16,011 bases of DNA from IMG/VR virus record IMGVR_UViG_3300001765_000035, positions 1 to 16,011 of that record; one strand, written 5' to 3'. This document shows positions 1 through 6,581 of this stretch, piece by piece. The notes beneath the pieces are model-generated. The model ran no database searches, had not been told where the DNA came from, and saw only the letters and a list, made by a program, of their open reading frames with translations. The position numbers and the translations under genes were made by a program. Every line of letters begins with the position of its first letter. Positions within the stretch are counted from its first letter, which is position 1. This DNA is from a virus. Its lineage: Duplodnaviria; Heunggongvirae; Uroviricota; Caudoviricetes.

Positions 1-111
1 GACGATGATCTACTTCATAACTATACTGTTTCAAAAGCATTAGAATCAGTAGATTGGTCAAAAGAAAATTCAAATATTAAAATGATAGCTTGTACGTATC
101 ATTGTGGATGA
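1..111 (+). CDS. 3' end of an upstream hypothetical protein (partial, ...DDDLLHNYTVSKALESVDWSKENSNIKMIACTYHCG*)
   Basis: Frame 1 is open from base 1 to TGA at 109-111; the other two plus frames hit stops early. No recognisable motif. Confidence 0.4.
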   Translation, partial: DDDLLHNYTVSKALESVDWSKENSNIKMIACTYHCG

Positions 112-155
112 TATCATATATAAGATGTAATAATTAATCAAACAAAGGAATATAC

Positions 156-206
156 ATGGCTCTAGGTTGTAATATAATAATACATGATTCCTACTGTTAT
201 AATTAA
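156..206 (+). CDS. possible 16-aa micro-ORF (MALGCNIIIHDSYCYN)
   Basis: ATG at 156 preceded by AAAGGAA (144-150), the same SD type and spacing as the long genes; very short, so may be non-coding. Confidence 0.2.
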   Translation: MALGCNIIIHDSYCYN

Positions 207-300
207 TGGTATTCAATGTTATATATTTTACGATTCTGACTTAGATATAGGTTTTGGATTAAGGGAATATAGAACCTTGTTACGATATAATAGAGAATAA
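184..300 (+). CDS. possible 38-aa small protein (MIPTVIINGIQCYIFYDSDLDIGFGLREYRTLLRYNRE)
   Basis: ATG 184 to TAA 298-300, overlapping the end of the 156-206 micro-ORF; no clear SD of its own. Confidence 0.25.
   Translation: MIPTVIINGIQCYIFYDSDLDIGFGLREYRTLLRYNRE
195..203 (+). promoter_or_regulatory. extended -10 sigma70-type promoter element TGTTATAAT
   Basis: Exact TGnTATAAT match in an AT-rich region upstream of the structural operon. Confidence 0.4.
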
Positions 301-335
301 TATAATTCTACTATAATACTATAATATTATAGTAT
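301..335. promoter_or_regulatory. promoter cluster: three TATAAT (301-306, 312-317, 320-325), tandem TACTATAA x2 (309-324) and a perfect 20-bp palindrome ATACTATAATATTATAGTAT (316-335)
   Basis: Read directly from sequence; 50 nt upstream of the 386 start; AATTCTACTATAATAC (304-319) recurs at 6535-6550 with one mismatch. Confidence 0.55.
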
Positions 336-385
336 ATTTTACTGATAATAAATAAAATATAAGTTAAACAAAAAAAGGAAAATGC

Positions 386-1264
386 ATGGCAACAGTATAT
401 ACACAAGAAATAGTAGACAGTATAGCACCAGATGTAGTAGATATATTTAAGAGTTTGATGGAAGCTTCTACAGGAGTAGATAGTGTATATTTAAAAGCTA
501 AAGAAACACTTATTCAGATACTTAATGATGCTAATATTACAGGTGATCAGAAAGGTGAAATAGTAGCTCAAACTATATCTAATATGGTTAATGGTATTAC
601 CGCACAGTCTATGGACTCAGCGATGAAGATAGCTGTAGAAGACAGATTGGCTCCTTATACCTTAACTAAGATGAGAGAAGAAACTAAAGCTATTACTGCC
701 TCAGTATCTAAAATGGAATCTGATATTAAAAATACAGATGCAGAAATACTACTTAAAAGATTCCAAGGATGGAAGATACAAGGTGAAGTTAAAAGAGACT
801 TTGGTATTGATGCTCATGATCTTGCCGAAACTACTGTAATAGTACCATCCATAGAATACCATAATGAAGGTATTAAGTATGAAACTATAAGACAAGCTCA
901 AGCTAACACTTATGGAGCATACGCAGGGTCATTTAGAACTCATGGCTATGTAGATGTTACTACTGATGTGGATGGGATGTTAGGTGTATCAACTACAGGT
1001 AGTACTGCTATAGGTAAAGAAGGGCTTACATACTGGCAGACACGTGTAGCTGAAAGACAAGAACAAGGTTTTGATGATAACATGAGACAACACGTAGTTA
1101 ATAGTTCAGCAACAATGATCAGTATGTTACTTAGTACAGAAGCAAGTGGTATAGATTATACATCATACCTAAGTAAGTGGACACTAGCAGCTAACTACTT
1201 AAATTCTAGTGATGGATCTGTACAAAACACTAAAGGTGGTGGAACAGACGGAATTACACTATAA
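386..1264 (+). CDS. virion structural protein, N4 gp54-like (292 aa)
   Basis: SD AAGGA at 375-379; clean ORF. N-terminal IFKSLMEA...NITGDQKGEIV and C-terminal YWQTRVAERQEQGFDDNMR resemble motifs I recall from N4-like gp54-family proteins; position four genes upstream of the vRNAP block fits. Confidence 0.6.
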   Translation: MATVYTQEIVDSIAPDVVDIFKSLMEASTGVDSVYLKAKETLIQILNDANITGDQKGEIVAQTISNMVNGITAQSMDSAMKIAVEDRLAPYTLTKMREETKAITASVSKMESDIKNTDAEILLKRFQGWKIQGEVKRDFGIDAHDLAETTVIVPSIEYHNEGIKYETIRQAQANTYGAYAGSFRTHGYVDVTTDVDGMLGVSTTGSTAIGKEGLTYWQTRVAERQEQGFDDNMRQHVVNSSATMISMLLSTEASGIDYTSYLSKWTLAANYLNSSDGSVQNTKGGGTDGITL

Positions 1265-1283
1265 CGAAAGTTGTAGTGTATTT
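1255..1283 (+). terminator. stem-loop over the ORF386 stop codon, weak intrinsic terminator or RNA stability hairpin
   Basis: TACACTATAAC-GAAA-GTTGTAGTGTA: 11-bp stem with one U-G wobble, GNRA tetraloop, followed by only TTT. Confidence 0.55.
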
Positions 1284-1302
1284 AAATACTAAGTAGGTTT
1301 TA

Positions 1303-3150
1303 ATGTATATAGTACATGATAGATATACCCCACAAATACAAGAGTTTACTCATGCTTTACGTATTAAAAACATAGTACTTCGCCATTGGCCTAAAAGGAC
1401 TTTAGGTAGTGGAACAATAGTTTTAGACAAACTGTTTATATATATTAAAGGTCAAGGCGTAATTGATAGTGTAGCTACTCGTAAGTTATTTAAACTTATG
1501 AATATGAATCTCGAAGATCTTAAAAAAGAAGATTGGGATGGTGTAGAAAACTACTATGTGTATTGGCAACGATACGAGATGAGTTATATATTAACACTAG
1601 AAGAAGTAAAATATTATATAGAAATGCATTCTCCTTTAGTAGGTACAGAATCTGAATGGCAAGTAGCTACTGCTATATATAAACCTATGCAACCTGTCGC
1701 TGCTAGTATTACAGATGCGGAGATAATAGCTATGACTAAATCAGTTGAAACTGAAGCTATATCTTTTACTACTGAATACCATGATCCTGCTACCGGTAAT
1801 AGTGTACCTGTTAATAGGTTATTAGGAGTAGCCTTACTAGATACTTCAGACCTTCTATTTGAAAAACAAATTACTGTTAAAAGTAAAAAAATAGGTGCTA
1901 GAGAAACAGCACAACAGTTTAGAAGTTTTAACTATAGTCAGCCTGGAAGTATACTATCTAGTCTTATATTAGAAGCTAATATAGAAATAAAGTACAGACG
2001 AAAAGCTGTAGTAAACTTAGTCGATACTCCTATAAGTACTTTAGTAAATACTATAAAATTACGTCTAGAAAATATAAATAACCCTACAGGTATGTATACT
2101 AGTTTATATTATAACACATTAGTATCAAGACAACAACAAGGTACAGTATCTTCTACAGAAAATAGTATAAATGCTTCATTAAAAAATATGTATGAAGATC
2201 TAGTACCTATCGTAGAGGATAATGTATATATAGACGCTAGTGGTGGTTTAAGCCAAAGAGGTACGTATGTAAAAGTATCCGGTATAGAAAATATGAAAGC
2301 TGTAGAGTTTGTAAAATTCTTTGGTAAAAGTCTTAAGACTGGCTATACAGAAGAAGAAGCTGAATGGTATGAAGAACTAATTGCTATTGTATTAGCTGTA
2401 GCATTAATAGCTTTTGCTATATTCTCAGGCGGTGCAGCTATTGCAGCAGGTATGAGTCAAGCTTCTGCTATATTTGCTTTCTCATCAGCATTTGCTTTAG
2501 TACTTTCGGTAGGTACACTTGCGTTAACTGGATTAGCTTATGTTGCAGGAGAGCAAGGATGGCATGGATTTGCTGCTTATATAGGAAAAGTTATAAACTT
2601 CCTAGGAGTAGTAAGTACTATTGTAGGTGTTATATCTATATATGGAGCATTAAAGGTAGCTTTAGCAAAACAAGTAGCTACAGAAGCTTTACAGAGTGCT
2701 GGGAAAGAAGTAACAAATGAAGCAATAATAGAATTAACATCTACTACTATAAAGGATGTAGCTATTTCTGAAGTAGGTTTAAAAACACTGTTTGAAACAG
2801 CTAAGACAATGATATTCGGTAGTTCAACATTATCCTTAATGGATATATTCAACAAAACAGTATCTGCTGTAAACTGGGTAGCTTCCTACTTTATGGAAAA
2901 AGATATGGCTGAAATACAAGGTGATTTAACAGCACAGCAAGAAAAGAATGATGAAATGAAACAACAATATGAATTGTACAAAGGTAGTGTAGATAAAGTA
3001 TACTATAGTACTTCTGATTTGTATGAAGGATACTATAATCCATTCTTTAATGATTTTGAATTGGGTACCGGAGAAGGTCCGGATAGGTACTTTAAAACAA
3101 CAGGTACATGGCGCTGTCAAAACAGTTTAGAATACATATACCCTAACTAA
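1303..3150 (+). CDS. internal virion/ejection protein with multi-helix hydrophobic segment, N4 gp53-like (615 aa)
   Basis: YTEEEAEWYEE followed by about 90 hydrophobic/small residues (aa 359-450, LIAIVLAVALIAFAIFSGGA...GVISIYGAL) and a C-terminal coiled-coil-like stretch; syntenic with N4 gp53. Confidence 0.6.
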   Translation: MYIVHDRYTPQIQEFTHALRIKNIVLRHWPKRTLGSGTIVLDKLFIYIKGQGVIDSVATRKLFKLMNMNLEDLKKEDWDGVENYYVYWQRYEMSYILTLEEVKYYIEMHSPLVGTESEWQVATAIYKPMQPVAASITDAEIIAMTKSVETEAISFTTEYHDPATGNSVPVNRLLGVALLDTSDLLFEKQITVKSKKIGARETAQQFRSFNYSQPGSILSSLILEANIEIKYRRKAVVNLVDTPISTLVNTIKLRLENINNPTGMYTSLYYNTLVSRQQQGTVSSTENSINASLKNMYEDLVPIVEDNVYIDASGGLSQRGTYVKVSGIENMKAVEFVKFFGKSLKTGYTEEEAEWYEELIAIVLAVALIAFAIFSGGAAIAAGMSQASAIFAFSSAFALVLSVGTLALTGLAYVAGEQGWHGFAAYIGKVINFLGVVSTIVGVISIYGALKVALAKQVATEALQSAGKEVTNEAIIELTSTTIKDVAISEVGLKTLFETAKTMIFGSSTLSLMDIFNKTVSAVNWVASYFMEKDMAEIQGDLTAQQEKNDEMKQQYELYKGSVDKVYYSTSDLYEGYYNPFFNDFELGTGEGPDRYFKTTGTWRCQNSLEYIYPN

Positions 3151-3175
3151 GTTCAACAAGAGTTAAACATATTTA

Positions 3176-3184
3176 TGGTATACT
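3176..3184 (+). promoter_or_regulatory. extended -10 element TGGTATACT upstream of ORF3224
   Basis: TGn + TATACT in the 73-nt intergenic gap, about 40 nt before the ATG; SD AAAGGA at 3212-3217. Confidence 0.45.
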
Positions 3185-3195
3185 AAAAGTAATAA

Positions 3196-3211
3196 ATGTA
3201 AAGTTTTACAT
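3196..3211. repeat. inverted repeat ATGTAAA-GT-TTTACAT between promoter and SD
   Basis: Perfect 7-bp arms with a 2-nt spacer directly abutting the SD. Confidence 0.45.
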
Positions 3212-3223
3212 AAAGGATAAGAT

Positions 3224-3622
3224 ATGGCAGCAGGTGAATTATACCAAACAAATCCGGCATACGCAAGTATAGGTAATAGTGCTGATACATCAAACTTAGG
3301 TATGAGGGGCGATACAACTAGTTGGATGGATAGTATAGGCGGATATAAAGGAGTACAAGGTGCACTAGGTATAGGACAGCTTGGACTTGGTTTTATGGGT
3401 TATCTTGATAATAAGAAAACTGCAGAAATGCAACGTAAATTACTAGGTCAGCAATACGATACAAACGGATTCTTACTTGATCAAGCTAAAGGTAGACAAG
3501 CAGATATAGCTAGAGACTTCGGTGCTGGTGGTACTGCTCCGATTCAAGCTCAAGGTCTAGCTGCTAATACAGCACAAGCTCCTAGAACAGGATCTCCATT
3601 CGCACCAAAAACTGTAGTATAA
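3224..3622 (+). CDS. small Gly-rich internal virion protein, N4 gp52-like (132 aa)
   Basis: SD AAAGGA; Gly-rich hydrophobic segment GGYKGVQGALGIGQLGLGFMGY followed by a Q/K-rich helix; size and position match N4 gp52. Confidence 0.6.
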   Translation: MAAGELYQTNPAYASIGNSADTSNLGMRGDTTSWMDSIGGYKGVQGALGIGQLGLGFMGYLDNKKTAEMQRKLLGQQYDTNGFLLDQAKGRQADIARDFGAGGTAPIQAQGLAANTAQAPRTGSPFAPKTVV

Positions 3623-3632
3623 GGATTTATAT

Positions 3633-5753
3633 ATGCCTTTAAGACAAGACTTTGGATCATTCAGACAACCTGTAGATGCAACAAGCCCATTAATGAATGC
3701 GTTAACTAACGTACAGGCTATGTTTGCTAAACAAGAATCTGATGATGAAAACAAACGTAGGTATGATCAAGAACTACTAGTAAGAGAAGCTGCTCTTGCA
3801 GAAGATAAACGTAGATACGAAGAAGGTATGAAGTTTAAGAATTCGGCAGAAGCTAGAGCTATAGCCTCTGACGGTAGGGCAATCGACTTATATAACAGAA
3901 GTATAAAAGAACGTGACTCTACTGATTTATTTCTTCGAGAATTAAGTAAACCAAAACAAGAAATTGGTGGTTGGTTAAATCCTTCTAACACACTAGAGCA
4001 AAAAGCTATAGATGATATTGGAGTATTTTCTAGACATAACGATAAAGGCGAGCTTGTAACTTCCGATGTTAAAGGTACACCACTTAATCTACAGTCAGAG
4101 TATGTAGATTCGCAAGGTAAACCAATTACAAAAGAAGAAGCTGATACTCGTTTGGCTACTCAATTAAGCTTAGGAAGTCTTGCCGGTAATAGTCCATCTC
4201 AAGTTGAGTCAGAAGCAGATGTACTTCGTAGAGCTAATGAGACTGTACGAAATTCAGGTGGACTACCTACTCTTGGAATGCATCAAGAATTACTTCAAGC
4301 TGAAGCAGCTGAAAAAACAGTAGCTCAAAAAAGAATTGAAGAGATAGAAAAAACTAATGCAAAGTTACTTGCTGATAAAACTAAACTAGAATTAGACAGT
4401 AGCAAGACAGAGTATAAAGAAAGTAATAAAAGTTCTAAAGGTAGTGGTTCTGGTTATAAACTAGAAGACTGGACATTAGCTCAGGAAGCAGATGCTGAAA
4501 AAGTATCACCTTTAGGGTTAGGAGCAGATGCTTCTAAGATACGAGACGTATATGCACATGCACAAGAAAAAGGAATTCCTTTAGTAGTTGTACAAAATGC
4601 TGTAAGTAGAGCTACAAAAGCTGGTGCTAGTGGTACTTCTTTCGATAATACTGTTATATCAAAATATATACAAGAAGAAGAAAATGCTTTTAAAGGTAAA
4701 AAAGGCGGATACGCTGACGCTACTGGTTATAAAGCTAAAGTAGCAGCTACTGTTAACGCATATGATGCTGCTTATAATAAAGGTGCTGAAAAATTACGTC
4801 TATTAAATATGGATCCTGATGCAGTTAAAGCTGCACAAGCAGACGCATTATTTGCAGGTGTTATGGGTAAATACGCAAGTGCTAATAAACCTGCAGAAAC
4901 TAAAGCAGCTACAAACACAGCATCGTCAACTAATACTGCAAAAGTAGTTAAAGAACCTACAGTAGTACCTGTAGATAAACAAACAAAAGCAGCAGTTGCA
5001 AAAGTAGCACCTGTAGATATGGCTCAACACTCATTACCTGTTGGTTTCGGTACTGCAGATAGAGTTATCCCAAAACCGAAAGTAGTTCCTGGTTATGAAG
5101 TACTAGGAGATATTATAGGTTCTGGTGCTGTAAAGTTAGGTAACCATATAAAAGAAACAGTAAGTCAAGGTAAAGAACCAACAGCAGTAAAAGCAGGGCT
5201 TGGTTTGTTGGCTAATTCAGCAGCTGAATCTTTGAATATTGCAACAAGTCCTTATAATGTAATTAAAATGGGTACAGATGAATTCTTATTTGGAGAACAA
5301 AAAGGTTCTGTATTTACAGACTTTTCGAAAGATACTACAGCTAAAGCTGTAACACTATTAGAAAATGCTGGAGTTACAAATCCTACTACACAGCAAATAG
5401 CTATTATAGGTTCATCACTAGTAGGTCCTGGAGGAGCTTTAAAATCAGGAGTAAAATCAGCAAAAGAAGCAGCTACAGCTGTACGTAAAGTATTGACTGA
5501 TCCAGATTCTACTAAATTATTAAAAGGTTCACGTACGTTAAAAGCAGAGAAAGCAGCTGATGTTAAAGCAGCTGATCTTGGTGCAGCAACAGAATCGGCT
5601 AAGAATGATCTATACTTAATTGAAGAAGGATTCTCTAGCTTAAAAGGTGGGAATAGAAAACGTTATCAAGAGTTAGTAAAAGAAGCAACAGCAGCTGGAT
5701 ACACTAATGTAAAAGCTTATGTTAAAAAACAAATAGAATTGCTAGGTGAGTAA
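3633..5753 (+). CDS. large internal virion/ejection protein, N4 gp51-like (706 aa)
   Basis: SD AAGGA at 3621-3625 overlapping the upstream stop; Ala/Lys-rich helical protein with no Cys, an A/T/K/P-rich linker and a Gly-rich hydrophobic C-terminal patch; syntenic with gp51. Confidence 0.55.
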   Translation: MPLRQDFGSFRQPVDATSPLMNALTNVQAMFAKQESDDENKRRYDQELLVREAALAEDKRRYEEGMKFKNSAEARAIASDGRAIDLYNRSIKERDSTDLFLRELSKPKQEIGGWLNPSNTLEQKAIDDIGVFSRHNDKGELVTSDVKGTPLNLQSEYVDSQGKPITKEEADTRLATQLSLGSLAGNSPSQVESEADVLRRANETVRNSGGLPTLGMHQELLQAEAAEKTVAQKRIEEIEKTNAKLLADKTKLELDSSKTEYKESNKSSKGSGSGYKLEDWTLAQEADAEKVSPLGLGADASKIRDVYAHAQEKGIPLVVVQNAVSRATKAGASGTSFDNTVISKYIQEEENAFKGKKGGYADATGYKAKVAATVNAYDAAYNKGAEKLRLLNMDPDAVKAAQADALFAGVMGKYASANKPAETKAATNTASSTNTAKVVKEPTVVPVDKQTKAAVAKVAPVDMAQHSLPVGFGTADRVIPKPKVVPGYEVLGDIIGSGAVKLGNHIKETVSQGKEPTAVKAGLGLLANSAAESLNIATSPYNVIKMGTDEFLFGEQKGSVFTDFSKDTTAKAVTLLENAGVTNPTTQQIAIIGSSLVGPGGALKSGVKSAKEAATAVRKVLTDPDSTKLLKGSRTLKAEKAADVKAADLGAATESAKNDLYLIEEGFSSLKGGNRKRYQELVKEATAAGYTNVKAYVKKQIELLGE

Positions 5754-5754
5754 T

Positions 5755-6504
5755 ATGAATAACCCATTAAACATAAACCCTAAGAATACGCTAAAGCAGT
5801 TTCTACGTGATGATGTAAATGCTGTTGATCCTAAAGGATTAGCTACACAAGAGTATATGAAAAATCTTCAGCAGATGAATACAGAGTCATCCTTAACCTC
5901 CCCTCGTATGTTTCAAACATACTTTGGTGACGATAGTGCACCGGTACAGCAACAACGAGCTAAAGAAGCTGGTTTAGCTCATGCAGTAACGAATACTATA
6001 CCTAGTAACGGGGATAAATATAAAGAGATGTGGAGTCAAATGTACCAAACTACAAATGATCCAGTAAAAGAAGCTGCTTATTCACAACACGTAAAAGACT
6101 TATATGGTAAAGCTCCTAAAGAAGTTGAAATTAGAACAGCTATAGATAAGTCAATGCCAGCTTTTGCTGGTGAACTACAAAGTAGAGGCTTTGCTCCAAA
6201 TGAGATGAAAGAGTTATTGTACCAAACTGCATTACATGAATCAATGGGTGGTAGGTATAATAAACAAATTAATGGTCCAGCTAGAAGTGCTTGGCAAGTA
6301 GAGCCAAATACAGCGTATGATAATATACAAAATTATGGACACGCTATGGGTAAAGACTACGAAAAAGCTGTAGGTTATAGTAGAGAACAACTACAAGGTA
6401 TGAGCAAAGACCAAGTAGCTACATTACTTGAAACAGATCCCGCTTTCGCTGCATCACAAGCCGGACTATGGTACTTACGAAAAATGGATAAAAAGGGGGC
6501 TTAA
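5755..6504 (+). CDS. virion-associated lysozyme-like / lytic transglycosylase-like peptidoglycan hydrolase (about 249 aa)
   Basis: C-terminal domain ELLYQTALHESMGGRYNKQINGPARSAWQVEPNTAYD...AASQAGLWYLRK fits the lysozyme-fold pattern (catalytic Glu in HES at 6238-6240, G-x-x-Q-type strand as AWQVEP). Start moved from GTG 5746 to ATG 5755 because the SD AGGTG at 5744-5748 gives 6-nt spacing. Confidence 0.75.
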   Translation: MNNPLNINPKNTLKQFLRDDVNAVDPKGLATQEYMKNLQQMNTESSLTSPRMFQTYFGDDSAPVQQQRAKEAGLAHAVTNTIPSNGDKYKEMWSQMYQTTNDPVKEAAYSQHVKDLYGKAPKEVEIRTAIDKSMPAFAGELQSRGFAPNEMKELLYQTALHESMGGRYNKQINGPARSAWQVEPNTAYDNIQNYGHAMGKDYEKAVGYSREQLQGMSKDQVATLLETDPAFAASQAGLWYLRKMDKKGA

Positions 6505-6509
6505 GTACT

Positions 6510-6536
6510 TTCGTGTAAAGCCGGTCTTTATACGAA
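6510..6536 (+). terminator. stem-loop after the muralytic gene (weak terminator or processing hairpin)
   Basis: TTCGTGTAAAG-CCGGT-CTTTATACGAA: 11-bp stem with one G-U wobble, 5-nt loop, poor U-tract (TTAT). Confidence 0.45.
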
Positions 6537-6550
6537 TTATACTATAATAC
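6535..6550 (+). promoter_or_regulatory. promoter-like motif AATTATACTATAATAC upstream of the vRNAP gene
   Basis: Contains TATAAT (6543-6548); 15/16 identical to 304-319; SD AGGA at 6570-6573 precedes ATG 6582. Confidence 0.55.
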
Positions 6551-6581
6551 CTTAATAAAATATACCTATAGGAATTAATAT

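Noticed and set aside
82-335. Fur-box-like ATGATA/ATAAT arrays
   Set aside because: No 7-1-7 TGATAAT-N-ATTATCA arrangement; the palindrome has no spacer and such hexamers are expected in very AT-rich DNA.
3741-3827. Duplicated KRRY[DE] motif 18 codons apart in the 706-aa protein, plus its A/T/K/P-rich linker near 4880-5020
   Set aside because: Only two short imperfect copies inside a charged helix; typical low-complexity content of internal virion proteins with no independent feature.
5746-5754. GTG start at 5746 for the muralytic gene
   Set aside because: It overlaps the SD-like AGGTGAG; ATG 5755 has proper spacing from that SD and follows the upstream stop.
6510-6536. Possible N4-type vRNAP hairpin promoter
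   Set aside because: N4 vRNAP promoters have a short stem closed by C-G with a 3-nt GNA loop and lie near early genes; this hairpin has a 5-nt loop (CCGGT/ACCGG) and a wobble favouring RNA folding.
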